Shown: positions 25,381 to 35,450 of the stretch, piece after piece
Position numbering within the stretch: position 1 is the first letter of the stretch
How the letters are laid out: every line of letters begins with the position of its first letter
Assembly (NCBI GenBank): GCA_033721415.1
Contig: JAWWAH010000002.1
Span: 1 to 38,123, forward strand
Direction: 5' to 3'
Length of the DNA: 38,123 nt
DNA from: Candidatus Spechtbacterales bacterium
Lineage (GTDB): Bacteria > Patescibacteriota > Minisyncoccia > Spechtbacterales > 2-12-FULL-38-22
Position numbers and translations under genes: made by a program
Notes under the pieces: model-generated
Told to the model about the DNA's origin: nothing
The model's input: only the letters and a program-made list of their open reading frames with translations
The model's database searches: none

Positions 25381-26389
25381 TAAAAATAAAGGCTCTATTT
25401 CTGAGCTTCGTCAGGATTTAGTTACGGGTGAGTGGATAGTTATAGCACAGGTTAGAGCTAAACGCCCAAGTGACTATCAAAGATCTGAGCGTTCGGTGCT
25501 AGATGCCTCTTTAGATAAGTGCCCGTTTGAAAATCCTCAGGCATCTGGGAATGCAGATCCCATTTTGCTTTATAAAAAAGCAGACGATTCAGATTGGAGT
25601 TTACAAGTAATACCTAATAAGTATCCCGCTGTAGACCATTCTGGAAAATGTGGCATAGTAAACAAGCATGGCCCCTATTCTATACAAGATGGAAAAGGAT
25701 TCCACGAAGTTATAGTACCTCGTGATCACGATAAACATTTTGCTGTTTATTCAAGCGAAGAAGCAAGAGAAATAATACAAGCATATCAGGAAAGATACAA
25801 ATCTTTGAAAGAGGAAGAATGTGTTAAATATATATCAATATTTCATAATCATGGAAAAGAAGCGGGAGCATCTTTGCATCATCCACACTCTCAATTAGTT
25901 GCAATACCTGTTATGCCTTCTGATGTTTATCGTTCCCTGCAAGGATCAAGCCGTTATTACGATGAAAATCAAGAATGTGCACATTGTACTATAATAAAAT
26001 GGGAACAAGAACAAGAGGAGAGAATTATATTTGAAAATGATAAGTTTATCGCGTATTGTCCGTTTGCTTCTCGAACTGCATTTGAAATTCAGATATTTCC
26101 AAAAGAGCACCAGTCTAATTTTGAGGAATTGTCCGAAGATGCATTTACTGAGCTTGGAGATGCACTTAGAACATCTTTAAATAAGCTTCACGATGTTTTA
26201 GATGACCCTGCATATAATTTTTTTATTCATACCGCTCCTGTTGGCAAAAAGAAGAAGTATCCTAATTATCATTGGCATGTAGAGATAATGCCCAAAACGG
26301 CTATATGGGCTGGATTTGAATTAGGAACTGGTATAGAAATATCAGCAATTGAGCCAAAAGAAGCAGCTAAGTATTTGAGAGAAGGTTAA
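25349..26389 (+). CDS. galT: Galactose-1-phosphate uridylyltransferase-like HIT-superfamily nucleotidyltransferase
   Basis: ELRQDLVTGEWIVIA..RAKRP N-terminus, the HHPHSQL active-site motif (HxHxQ), and IFPK.H. The start is uncertain (ATG 25349 or GTG 25340), and it overlaps the GT2 3' end. Confidence 0.8.
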   Translation: MKIPKKIKRNNKNKGSISELRQDLVTGEWIVIAQVRAKRPSDYQRSERSVLDASLDKCPFENPQASGNADPILLYKKADDSDWSLQVIPNKYPAVDHSGKCGIVNKHGPYSIQDGKGFHEVIVPRDHDKHFAVYSSEEAREIIQAYQERYKSLKEEECVKYISIFHNHGKEAGASLHHPHSQLVAIPVMPSDVYRSLQGSSRYYDENQECAHCTIIKWEQEQEERIIFENDKFIAYCPFASRTAFEIQIFPKEHQSNFEELSEDAFTELGDALRTSLNKLHDVLDDPAYNFFIHTAPVGKKKKYPNYHWHVEIMPKTAIWAGFELGTGIEISAIEPKEAAKYLREG

Positions 26390-26394
26390 TTTTT

Positions 26395-27027
26395 ATGATA
26401 GGAACAGCTTTAGCGTGGTTAAGTTCAAAGGTAATATTAGTAATAGAAAGCACTGGATATGCTGGGGTTTTTGTTCTTATGGCATTGGAGGGATCCTTTA
26501 TACCCGTACCCTCAGAAATTATATTGCCATTTTCTGGTTTTCTTGTTTTTAAGGGAGAGTTTAGCTTATTTGCGGTAGCTCTTGTTGGTGCATTGGGGAA
26601 TATAGCAGGAACAGTGTTTACATATTCAGTATCTAGATTTTTTGGTGCATCTTTTTTGTATAAGTATGGAAAGTATTTTCTTGTAAGTCATAGGGATATA
26701 GATATGGCAAATAAACTATTTAAGGACCACGGTGTAAAAATAATTTTTATATCACGCCTTATACCAGGAATAAGAGGCTTTATACCGATACCTGCTGGGA
26801 TTGCTAAAATGAAATTTATACCCTTTGTATTGTATGTCTTCACTGGTTCGTTTATTTATTCTCTTGTGTTAACGTATGTAGGTGTTTGGGGTGGAGAAAA
26901 TTGGGATTGGCTTTCTCCATACTTTAAGCAGTTTGATTGGGTTTTGCTCGTACTTATGCTGTGGGCTGCCACTTGGTGGGTAAGAAGACATTTTAGACAT
27001 AATAAAGAATTAAAAAATGAAAAATAG
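26395..27027 (+). CDS. DedA family membrane protein
   Basis: VFVLMALEGSFIPVPSEIILPFSGFL and SRLIPGIRGFIPIPAG are DedA/SNARE-associated motifs. Confidence 0.85.
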   Translation: MIGTALAWLSSKVILVIESTGYAGVFVLMALEGSFIPVPSEIILPFSGFLVFKGEFSLFAVALVGALGNIAGTVFTYSVSRFFGASFLYKYGKYFLVSHRDIDMANKLFKDHGVKIIFISRLIPGIRGFIPIPAGIAKMKFIPFVLYVFTGSFIYSLVLTYVGVWGGENWDWLSPYFKQFDWVLLVLMLWAATWWVRRHFRHNKELKNEK

Positions 27028-27766
27028 AAAAATATATTTAATAGGTAACTGGAAGATGAACCCAGGAACAGTCAAAAAAGCCAAAGGTTTGGCTGTGGAT
27101 ATTTCTGTTGGGATGGAGAGCGCCAATAAGAGTGGCACCAAGGTTGTTGTATGCCCACCATATCCTTATCTGGAATTAATGAATAATAATATGTCAGGCT
27201 TTGAACTTGGGGCGCAAAATTGCCATTTTGAAGATCAGGGCGCTTACACAGGAGAAGTTTCTCCGAAAATGCTTCAAGATATTGGTTGTAAGTATGTTAT
27301 AGTTGGCCATTCGGAAAGAAGAGAATATTTTGCAGAAAGTGGAGAACTTATAAATAAAAAAATAAAAAGTATTTTAAAGCACGGCATGATACCTATTCTT
27401 GCTGTCGGAGAAAAAGATGGCGAGGCCCTCAACATAGTATCTGAACAAATAAAAGTAGCACTAGACGGTATACCAGAAAAGTATGCAAAAACTTTAGTAG
27501 TGGCATACGAACCTATTTGGGCAATAGGGACAGGAAATCCCGCAACTCCAGACGAGGCGTTATCGGCAAAAATATTGATTAGAAAAACTCTCAGAGATAT
27601 TTATTCTACAAAATCTGTCGACAGCATACCTATAATATATGGCGGAAGTACAAACAGTAAAAATATCAAATCCTTTATAGAGTCAGGAGAGATGGACGGT
27701 GCGCTTGTTGGAGGAGCAAGCCTGGAGGCAAAAGAATTTATAAGAATGGCTGAAGCTATAAATTGA
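27017..27766 (+). CDS. tpiA: Triosephosphate isomerase
   Basis: GNWKMN, VGHSERR, AYEPIWAIGTG and YGGS motifs. Confidence 0.96.
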   Translation: MKNRKIYLIGNWKMNPGTVKKAKGLAVDISVGMESANKSGTKVVVCPPYPYLELMNNNMSGFELGAQNCHFEDQGAYTGEVSPKMLQDIGCKYVIVGHSERREYFAESGELINKKIKSILKHGMIPILAVGEKDGEALNIVSEQIKVALDGIPEKYAKTLVVAYEPIWAIGTGNPATPDEALSAKILIRKTLRDIYSTKSVDSIPIIYGGSTNSKNIKSFIESGEMDGALVGGASLEAKEFIRMAEAIN

Positions 27767-27779
27767 TACCTGTTTAAAA

Positions 27780-28931
27780 ATGAGAACCATCGAGAATCTT
27801 AAAATTAAAAAAGGAACACGCGTTTTATTAAGGGCAGATTTTAATGTAGTTATTGAAGACGGTGAAGTAGCTGATGATTTTCGTATTGAGGCAACATTGC
27901 CAACACTGAAATATTTAGAAGAAAAAGAGGCTAAAATTTTAATAGTATCTCATCTTGGAAGACCAGAAGGAAGAGATGCCTCGTTTACTCTTAAGCCTGT
28001 GGCTAAGCGATTAGGGGAATTAATTAAAAAGGAAGTTGTATTTTTTGAAACATATTCTGAAGCTCTTGAAGAAGCAGATAAGCTTGAGCCCGGATCAGTC
28101 GCCCTTCTTGAAAATATTCGTTTTGATCCTAGAGAGAGGGAGGGGAGCGTTGATTTTGCAAAAGAACTTGCTGCTCTGGGAGAAGTTATGGTTAATGATG
28201 CCTTTGGAGATGCCCACAGAGAACATACATCGGTATATCACCTACCTAAGATTATGGAATCTGGAGCAGGTTTGTTAATGCAAAAAGAGGTTGAGGTTTT
28301 GGATGACATTCGCAACCCAAGAAAGAGACCCCTTGTATTTGTTATGGGAGGGGCAAAAGTTGAAACCAAGCTAAAGACTCTTGTGGAAATGATCGATATC
28401 ATAGACGAAGCTTGCCTGGGTGGCTTGATGGCTAACACTCTTCTTGAGAAAAAAGGCTATACAATTGGTAAATCTAGGAAAGCTGAGGGCATGGACGATT
28501 ATTTAAATGATTTTGATATAGCATCAAAAAAATTACACTTGCCATTAGATGTTGTTGTTTCTACAGAAGCTAGTGATAGCGGCGAGGTTAGAGTTACCGG
28601 TATAGGTAATGTTAATGATCACGAGATGATATTAGATGCAGGTCCAGAAACAGTTCAACTATTTTCTAATATATTAGAAAAAGCAGGAACCGTGGTCTGG
28701 AATGGACCCCTCGGGTTAATGGAAGTTGATCAGTTTAGAAAAGGAACCTATGCCTTGGCTAAGAAGCTTAACGATATATCTGCGAAAGTTATTGTGGGTG
28801 GAGGAGATATAATGGCTGCTATCGATGAAGTTGGCGCAGAAGGCGCTGTTGATTATGCTTCAACTGGCGGAGGTGCCATGTTGGAGTATCTTGCAGCAGG
28901 AACTCTACCTGCAATTGAAGCTTTAAGTTAA
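27780..28931 (+). CDS. pgk: Phosphoglycerate kinase
   Basis: RADFNV, SHLGRP, LEN.RF, NDAFG.AHR and STGGGA.LE motifs. Confidence 0.96.
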   Translation: MRTIENLKIKKGTRVLLRADFNVVIEDGEVADDFRIEATLPTLKYLEEKEAKILIVSHLGRPEGRDASFTLKPVAKRLGELIKKEVVFFETYSEALEEADKLEPGSVALLENIRFDPREREGSVDFAKELAALGEVMVNDAFGDAHREHTSVYHLPKIMESGAGLLMQKEVEVLDDIRNPRKRPLVFVMGGAKVETKLKTLVEMIDIIDEACLGGLMANTLLEKKGYTIGKSRKAEGMDDYLNDFDIASKKLHLPLDVVVSTEASDSGEVRVTGIGNVNDHEMILDAGPETVQLFSNILEKAGTVVWNGPLGLMEVDQFRKGTYALAKKLNDISAKVIVGGGDIMAAIDEVGAEGAVDYASTGGGAMLEYLAAGTLPAIEALS

Positions 28932-28945
28932 TAATTTAATAACAC

Positions 28946-30700
28946 GTGTCTATTTTTAATAAAAATTGGAAATTGCATGATCCCGCTCCGCGGGAATTTT
29001 TAGATGCGATACCAGATATATCAGATATCACAGCCCAGATACTTTGGAATAGAGGTATTCGAAAAGAAAAAAACATAAAAACTTTTTTAAACCCTTCTTA
29101 CGAAAAAGATTTACACGATCCTTTTTTGATGAAAGATATGGATCGTGCGGTAGAGAGAATAAGCAAAGCCATAAAAGAAAATCAAAAAATATTTATTTAT
29201 GGCGATTATGATGCTGATGGCGTATGCGCATCAACTTTACTAAAAGAGAGCTTGGAAAAATTGGGCGCAGATGATGTTGGTGTGTATATACCTCATCGCG
29301 AAGAAGAGGGATATGGCATGAGTATCGCGGCTCTAGACGAAGTAATAGATGATGGAGCGGAACTGATAATAACGGTTGATTGTGGTTCAACAAATGTAGA
29401 TGAAGCGCAGTATGCTGAAGACAAGGGTGTTGATGTTGTGATTACAGATCATCATCAGGTGATGGAAAATCAACGCTTCTCATACGCATTAGTTAATCCG
29501 CATCAAAATGGCGATGAATACCCCTTTAAGGATATATGTGGTACAGCGGTTGCCTTCAAGGTTGTACAAGCCTTAGAAGCGCATATGTCGGCTGAGAGCG
29601 GAGAACCCATACTGCAAGAGGGTGAAGAAAAGTGGATGCTCGATCTTGTCGGCATAGCAACGGTTACTGATGTTATGCCTCTTGTGGATGAAAACCGAGC
29701 ATTTGTTAAATATGGTTTACTTGTTTTAGCTCAATCCAAACGCCCGGGATTGCGTGCATTAATGGAGGTTGCAGGAATTAATCCTAAAACAAATAAGAAA
29801 GAGAGAACAACTAATCTGGATTCTTTTCATTTGGGTTTTATGATAGGCCCACGCATAAATGCTGCAGGTAGGATGGATCATGCGCAATTAGCTTTTAATC
29901 TTTTAAATTCTTCTGATATTTCTTCTGCTAGAAAATTAGCATGGGAATTAGAGGACAGGAATCGTGAACGTAGAAAATTAGTAAAAGATATAATTTCAGA
30001 AATAGATGAATCAGACCTCGATTCATCTGCAGCTATTTATCAAGGCAGAAAACACTGGCCAATAGGAGTTTTGGGAATAGTTGCCGGACGTCTTGCTGAG
30101 CTTTATAATAAACCTTCTTTTATATATCAAATACAAGATGGAAAAATTGTTGGGTCTGTGAGAACTCCAGAATATGCAAATACTGTCGGTATATTAAAGA
30201 AGGCAAGTAGTGTTCTTACAAAATTTGGAGGGCATGCACAAGCAGGCGGTTTTACAACAGATCCTAAAAATGAAAACACATTAGGTAAAAATATTGAGAA
30301 AATAGTAAAGAAGGATATAAGTAATCTTAAAACCGTTGAACTTAAGCCAATGATAAAAATTGATATGGAGCTTTCAGGAAAAGAAATATCGTGGGAAACC
30401 TATAAAAGCACAGGCCTTTGTGCCCCCTTCGGGGAAGCTAATCCAAGACCCATCTTTGCTTTAAGGGGTGCTATAATTCAAAATATTAATATGGTGGGTT
30501 CTAAAGAAGATCATATGAAATGTGATATACTAACCAGTAAAGGAAAAAGATTCAGCGCAATAGGCTTTAGATTTGCTGACATGGTTCAAGATTTAAAAAG
30601 TGATGATAAGGTAGATATTGCGTTTGAAATTGATAAAAACGAGTGGAATGGAGATATTAGTCTCCAGTTAAAACTAGTGGATATAAAAAAATATGAATAA
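28946..30700 (+). CDS. recJ: Single-stranded-DNA-specific exonuclease RecJ
   Basis: 584 aa with a GTG start. DHH-family motifs GDYDADGV, ITVDCG and ITDHHQ are present, along with DHHA1 GGHAQAGG. Confidence 0.92.
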   Translation: MSIFNKNWKLHDPAPREFLDAIPDISDITAQILWNRGIRKEKNIKTFLNPSYEKDLHDPFLMKDMDRAVERISKAIKENQKIFIYGDYDADGVCASTLLKESLEKLGADDVGVYIPHREEEGYGMSIAALDEVIDDGAELIITVDCGSTNVDEAQYAEDKGVDVVITDHHQVMENQRFSYALVNPHQNGDEYPFKDICGTAVAFKVVQALEAHMSAESGEPILQEGEEKWMLDLVGIATVTDVMPLVDENRAFVKYGLLVLAQSKRPGLRALMEVAGINPKTNKKERTTNLDSFHLGFMIGPRINAAGRMDHAQLAFNLLNSSDISSARKLAWELEDRNRERRKLVKDIISEIDESDLDSSAAIYQGRKHWPIGVLGIVAGRLAELYNKPSFIYQIQDGKIVGSVRTPEYANTVGILKKASSVLTKFGGHAQAGGFTTDPKNENTLGKNIEKIVKKDISNLKTVELKPMIKIDMELSGKEISWETYKSTGLCAPFGEANPRPIFALRGAIIQNINMVGSKEDHMKCDILTSKGKRFSAIGFRFADMVQDLKSDDKVDIAFEIDKNEWNGDISLQLKLVDIKKYE

Positions 30701-31124
30701 AGTAAAAGTCTATGTAGATGGTGGATCAAGAGGTAATCCAGGACCTGCGGCTGCGGGTGTTGTGCTTGGATCTCCGCTAAATAAAAGTTTTGCAAAGTAT
30801 CTTGGTGAAGCAACAAATAATGAAGCTGAGTATAGTGCTGTTGTTGAGGCACTAAAAAAAATAAAATCTCTTGTCGGAAAGAAGAAAACAAAAGATATGC
30901 ATGTTGAAGTTTATATGGATTCGCAGTTAGCAGTAAAACAGTTAAATTATGAATACAAAATACAAAGTGATAATATAATACCCTTATTTATTAAGGTTCA
31001 TAATTTGCGTTTTGACTTTGCAGAGGTTACATTTAAGCATATACCCAGAGAAAAGAATAAAGATGCTGATAGAATGGTTAATATAGAACTAGACAAACAA
31101 GAAGGAAAAAATTCTCTATTTTAA
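30693..31124 (+). CDS. rnhA: Ribonuclease HI family protein
   Basis: VYVDGGSRGNPGPAAAG, NNEAEYSAVVEAL, DSQLAVKQ and REKNKDADR carry the DEDD catalytic residues. It overlaps the recJ stop (ATGAATAA). Confidence 0.88.
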   Translation: MNKVKVYVDGGSRGNPGPAAAGVVLGSPLNKSFAKYLGEATNNEAEYSAVVEALKKIKSLVGKKKTKDMHVEVYMDSQLAVKQLNYEYKIQSDNIIPLFIKVHNLRFDFAEVTFKHIPREKNKDADRMVNIELDKQEGKNSLF

Positions 31125-31140
31125 TACAAAACTCAATAGT

Positions 31141-31180
31141 AATATCAAAAAGAGCGCCCATAGGCGCTCTTTTTGATATT
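31141..31180. terminator. Bidirectional terminator between rnhA (+) and rnpB (-)
   Basis: An 18-bp perfect palindrome, aatatcaaaaagagcgcc cata ggcgctctttttgatatt. Confidence 0.85.
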
Positions 31181-31185
31181 ACTAA

Positions 31186-31544
31186 CGGAATACTATAAGC
31201 CGAATTCTGTACCCTTGCGGGTGAGAGTTATTTATCTGGATGCTATGTTGCCACAACATCTCAAGCGGCACCCTCCTTGCGGAGTACGGCCTTGCACCGG
31301 ATGGGGTTTACCACCCTTATTTGTCACCAAATAGGGGAGTTCCGTAGCCCAAAGACATCGGAACACTTTTCACCTTTAGCCGTAAGGCTAGTATTGTCTC
31401 TGTGGCACTTTCCCTTGCCCTGCATTACTACAAGGCCGGTTGGCGTTACCAACCATCCACTTCTATAGCATAAGCTACAGGGTGTTCGGACTTTCCTCTC
31501 AACTACAGTAATAAAACTACAATTGAGCAACCCTCCGTATTCCG
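31186..31544 (-). ncRNA. rnpB: RNase P RNA, bacterial type A
   Basis: The reverse complement contains GAGAGGAAAGTCCGAAC (CR-I/P4), GGTAAACCCCATCCGGTGCAAGGCCGTA, GCTTGAG, AGATAAATAAC and ACAGAATTCGGCTTAT (CR-V/P4). P1 pairs CGGAATAC (31537-31544) with GTATTCCG (31186-31193). The ends are accurate to about +/-5 nt. Confidence 0.92.
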
Positions 31545-31555
31545 AGAGTAAATAT

Positions 31556-31584
31556 ATTATACTACATTAGGATTACTGTGTAAA
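31556..31584 (-). promoter_or_regulatory. rnpB promoter (TTTACA-17-TATAAT on the - strand)
   Basis: Plus-strand attata at 31556-31561 and tgtaaa at 31579-31584, with a 17-nt spacer. The -10 ends 11 nt upstream of the P1 helix. Confidence 0.65.
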
Positions 31585-31676
31585 GACACAACACAAATAA
31601 AAAATTCCATTTTTTAGATACAAATAGAAAGCAACTATATATTTACTTCTGAGGCATCACAAAGCCTTAACTTTGG

Positions 31677-31705
31677 TTGAAAATTCATCTATTTAGCGCT
31701 ACAAT
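31677..31705 (+). promoter_or_regulatory. Promoter of the polysaccharide locus (TTGAAA-17-TACAAT)
   Basis: Hexamers at 31677-31682 and 31700-31705, about 48 nt upstream of the GTG at 31754. Confidence 0.5.
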
Positions 31706-31753
31706 AGACCCGATCATATATGTTTTATATCTACAAATAAAGACTATTTTTTA

Positions 31754-33133
31754 GTGAGAAAAAACGATTTAATATTTAATTTGATACTACTTCCATTGGA
31801 TTTTGCGCTACTTATTGCAGCGGGTGTTAGTGCTTACTATCTACGTTTTGCGCCACCTATATTAGATATAAAGCCAGTGCTTTTTTCATTGCCAATTTAT
31901 CAGTATATGACGTTTGTTGTTGTGATTTCGACAGGCATGATTCTTATATTTGCAATTAGTGGTTTGTATTTAATGCGCAGAACAACACCTATATTCCGTG
32001 AAATAACACGAGTAACCCTAGATGTATCTGCAGGAATGGCCCTAGTTATTATGTTTATGTTTTTCAATAGAGAGTTATTTGATTCTCGTTTTATTCTGCT
32101 TGCAGGATGGGTGTTTGGAATAATTTTCGTTATTTTTGGAAGGCTGTTAATTAGGGGGTTAAGAAGACTTTTACTTAGGACAAAAGGTCTTGGCGTAGAA
32201 AATGTTTTAATACTTGGAAATAGCGACGAGGCAAAATATATTAAGCGACAAATAAAGAAAAGCAAGGGATTAGGTCTTCGCCTTGTTGGCTCAATGCCTG
32301 AACCAAACCTTAGTCGTGTTATGCAAATTCACAAGGAAAAAGGCCTACAGAGAGTTTTGGCTGTGGATTCTGATTTTGGTCGAAATGAAATAATGCGTGT
32401 GGTTAATTACTGTGAAGAAAACGGTATACAGTTTTCTTATACTCCAGATATGTTTGGCGCGATAATAGCAGATATGTCCCTAGATATTTTAGAGGGAGTA
32501 CCTGTTGTTTCTGTTAAGCCAAGCCCGCTAGACGGTTGGTCAAGAGTACTAAAGCGTTTAGTTGATATATTTGGATCCATTTTTGGTTTAGTGCTATTAG
32601 CACCTATATTTATTCTTATTGCAATTGCTATAAAATGGGAAACTAGCGGCCCAATCTTAGTAAAACTAAAAAGGATAAGTCATGGAAAAGAATTTGATTT
32701 ATATAAGTTTCGTTCAATGATTAAGGATGCCCACAAATATAAAAAAGAGTTGATGGATATGAATGAGCGCTCAGGTCCTCTATTTAAAATAAAAGATGAT
32801 CCTAGGATAACTAAGGTCGGCAGGTTTCTGCGTGCCAAGCGATTAGATGAGCTTCCACAATTAATCAATGTTTTAAAGGGAGACATATCATTAGTTGGCC
32901 CAAGACCCCATGAGCCAGAAGAGATAGCTCAGTATAAAGATTATCACAAAAAAGTTTTAGCTATTAAGTCTGGTATAACAGGCATGGCTCAGGTTTCGGG
33001 TGCTTCAGATCTTTCTTTTGAAGAGGAGGTAAAGCTAGACAGGTTCTATATTGAACATTGGTCCCTAAAGAAGGATATTATTATTTTATTTAAAACAGTA
33101 AAACTTCTACTTCTCGATAGAAGTGGCGTATAA
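31754..33133 (+). CDS. Polyprenyl-phosphate hexose-1-phosphate transferase (WbaP/CpsE-type priming sugar transferase)
   Basis: 459 aa with a GTG start and N-terminal TM helices. The C-terminal bacterial sugar transferase domain shows KRL.D...S...L....P......AI.I......GP....Q.R.G..G..F...KFRSM, RITKVGRFLR...LDELPQL.NVLKGD.SLVGPRP. Confidence 0.9.
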   Translation: MRKNDLIFNLILLPLDFALLIAAGVSAYYLRFAPPILDIKPVLFSLPIYQYMTFVVVISTGMILIFAISGLYLMRRTTPIFREITRVTLDVSAGMALVIMFMFFNRELFDSRFILLAGWVFGIIFVIFGRLLIRGLRRLLLRTKGLGVENVLILGNSDEAKYIKRQIKKSKGLGLRLVGSMPEPNLSRVMQIHKEKGLQRVLAVDSDFGRNEIMRVVNYCEENGIQFSYTPDMFGAIIADMSLDILEGVPVVSVKPSPLDGWSRVLKRLVDIFGSIFGLVLLAPIFILIAIAIKWETSGPILVKLKRISHGKEFDLYKFRSMIKDAHKYKKELMDMNERSGPLFKIKDDPRITKVGRFLRAKRLDELPQLINVLKGDISLVGPRPHEPEEIAQYKDYHKKVLAIKSGITGMAQVSGASDLSFEEEVKLDRFYIEHWSLKKDIIILFKTVKLLLLDRSGV

Positions 33134-33140
33134 ATTCTAT

Positions 33141-34256
33141 ATGAAAGTAGCGTTAGTCCATGATTATTTAGTTCAATACGGAGGAGCGGAGCGTGTTCTT
33201 GAAGAATTCTCTGCTCTTTTTCCTAATGCGCCTATTTATACATTAATTTATGATGCTGAAGCTACTGGCCATGCTTTTGAAGGTAGAGACATAAGAACTT
33301 CATATCTACAAAGGATGCCAAAGAAAGATAAGCTATACAGGCTTTTCCCATTACTGATGCCCATGGCTATAGAGGGTTTTGATCTTTCTGGTTATGATTT
33401 AGTACTTTCAAGTTCTGCTAGTTTTGCAAAAGGTGTAATATCAGGCGGAGATGGTTTGCATATTTGTTATTGCCATACTCCGATGCGTTATGCATGGCTT
33501 GATCATAAACAAATAGCTGGGGATTCTATTTATCCTTCTTTTGTATCTAAGGCGATACCAATGGTTATGCCCTATATGCGTTTTTGGGATAACCAGAGCG
33601 CACAAAGGCCGGATCATTATCTTTGCAATTCATCTTCAGTTCAAAGAAAGATAAAAAAATTCTATGGCAGGGATTCAGAGATTGTTTATCCCCCCTTAGA
33701 TTTTCAAAAGTTTAATACATTTTCTTTCAAGAAGCCAAAAGAACACTTTCTGATAGTTGGAAGAATGGTTCCGTATAAGAGATTTGATCTTGCAATAAAG
33801 GCCTTTAATGAATTGAAACTTCCTTTAACAGTTGTTGGGAGTGGTCCTGAGTACAATAAGCTAAAGGAGATGGCTGGCTCAACAATAGAATTTACAGGGC
33901 TTATATCAGAAGATGAATTAGCACAGTATTATGCAACATCTAAAGCTTTAATATTCCCACAAGAAGAAGATTTTGGAATTACAGCCCTAGAAAGCATGGC
34001 TGCTGGTAGACCAGTAATAGCTTATAAAAAAGGAGGAGCCCTAGAGAGCATCAAGGAACCCGAAACAGGAATATTTTTTGATGAGCAGACCGTAGAATCA
34101 TTAATGGACGCTGTTATAAAATTCAAAAAGATGAAATTTGATTCAAGAGTCATACAGGCACATGCTAAGAAATTTGATCGCCTAGAATTTAGAAAGCAAA
34201 TTACAGACTTTGTTAAAAAGAAGCTAGAAGAAGATAAAAAACTAATAAGAACATAA
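33141..34256 (+). CDS. Family 4 glycosyltransferase (GT-B, group 1)
   Basis: MKVALVHDYL.QYGGAERV N-terminus and the EEDFGI.ALE (E-x7-E) motif. ATG 33141 is preferred over the track's GTG at 33123, which overlaps the upstream stop. Confidence 0.88.
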   Translation: MKVALVHDYLVQYGGAERVLEEFSALFPNAPIYTLIYDAEATGHAFEGRDIRTSYLQRMPKKDKLYRLFPLLMPMAIEGFDLSGYDLVLSSSASFAKGVISGGDGLHICYCHTPMRYAWLDHKQIAGDSIYPSFVSKAIPMVMPYMRFWDNQSAQRPDHYLCNSSSVQRKIKKFYGRDSEIVYPPLDFQKFNTFSFKKPKEHFLIVGRMVPYKRFDLAIKAFNELKLPLTVVGSGPEYNKLKEMAGSTIEFTGLISEDELAQYYATSKALIFPQEEDFGITALESMAAGRPVIAYKKGGALESIKEPETGIFFDEQTVESLMDAVIKFKKMKFDSRVIQAHAKKFDRLEFRKQITDFVKKKLEEDKKLIRT

Positions 34257-34262
34257 GCCTGT

Positions 34263-35399
34263 ATGAAAATAGGTATTGATATACGTGCGTTGGAAGGGTC
34301 GGAATACGGGGGAGTAGCTGAATATATAAAAAATATATTGCCGGAAATGTTTAGCATAGCTCCCGAACATAGTTTTTATATTTTCTGTAGCTCTTACCGA
34401 CACAAGGTAAATCTTGAAAAATTCAATCTACCCAATGTAGAGATACTTGAATTTAGATATCCTAATAAGCTTTTTAATTTTTTTTCGCGATATTTAAATT
34501 TTCCAAAAGTAGATAAAATAATGGGGGGATTAGATATTTTTTTTAGCCCTCATTTTTTGCCAGTAGCTTTATCTGAGAATTGTTTGCGCGTGACAACTTT
34601 TCATGACCTTTCTTTTGAGCTATTTCCTCATTTTTTTGATAGAAAACGCCGTCTTTGGCATAAGTATATAAAACCTAAAAAACAGGCTGAATTATCAGAT
34701 GCAATTATAGCTGTTTCTGAGTCCACAAAAAGCGATCTGGAGGATTTATATGATATTGATACTGAGAAAATTCAGGTTGTTTATTCGGGAATAACAACAC
34801 CTCCTGCGGAAAAAAATAAATGGAGCAATATTAGAAAGAAGTATAAATTACCTCACGAATACATATTATCCTTAAGTACAATTGAGCCTCGTAAGAACAT
34901 TAGAAGTACATTAAGAGCATTTAGGCATATCGCTTCTAAAAAAGAATTTTCTCACATAAGGCTTGTAATAGCAGGTTCTTTGGGGTGGTCTTATAAGGAT
35001 ATTTTTGCGGAGATAAAGAATATTCCTGAAATAAAAAATAAGATTATTTTCACGGGACCCATAGATGAAAAAGATAAGTTTGAAATATATAAAAACGCAA
35101 CTATTTTTGTATATCCAAGCTTGTATGAAGGTTTTGGGTTCCCGCCACTTGAAGCTATGTCGCAAGGTGTGCCTGCGGTTGTATCTTTTTCAACATCACT
35201 TCCTGAGGTAACGGGAGGTGCAGCGTTGCTTGTTGATCCCACGCGTCCCATTGAGATAGCAGATGCTATAGAAGAGCTTATTACAGATTCGCGATTATAT
35301 AACAAGTTTAGTGAGGATGGTAAAAAACAAGCAACGAATTTTACATGGGCTAAAGCTGCACAAGAAACTTTAAGAGTGTTTGAAAATATTAGTACATAA
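34263..35399 (+). CDS. Family 4 glycosyltransferase (GT-B, group 1)
   Basis: YPSLYEGFGFPPLEAMS.G.P motif (E-x7-E) and the typical GT4 length. Confidence 0.88.
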   Translation: MKIGIDIRALEGSEYGGVAEYIKNILPEMFSIAPEHSFYIFCSSYRHKVNLEKFNLPNVEILEFRYPNKLFNFFSRYLNFPKVDKIMGGLDIFFSPHFLPVALSENCLRVTTFHDLSFELFPHFFDRKRRLWHKYIKPKKQAELSDAIIAVSESTKSDLEDLYDIDTEKIQVVYSGITTPPAEKNKWSNIRKKYKLPHEYILSLSTIEPRKNIRSTLRAFRHIASKKEFSHIRLVIAGSLGWSYKDIFAEIKNIPEIKNKIIFTGPIDEKDKFEIYKNATIFVYPSLYEGFGFPPLEAMSQGVPAVVSFSTSLPEVTGGAALLVDPTRPIEIADAIEELITDSRLYNKFSEDGKKQATNFTWAKAAQETLRVFENIST

Positions 35400-35437
35400 T
35401 CCACAGAAAATGCTAATAATTTTAACCTTTTCATTGT

Positions 35438-35445
35438 GATATAAT
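35438..35445 (+). promoter_or_regulatory. Possible extended -10 element (TGaTATAAT), 5 nt upstream of the DUF4012 ATG
   Basis: tg a tataat at 35438-35445, with the ATG at 35451. Confidence 0.3.
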
Positions 35446-35450
35446 ATAAG

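Noticed and set aside
31277-31530. ORFs 31277-31468 (+) and 31324-31530 (-)
   Set aside because: They lie entirely within the RNase P RNA gene. The locally higher GC content of the structured RNA removes stop codons by chance.
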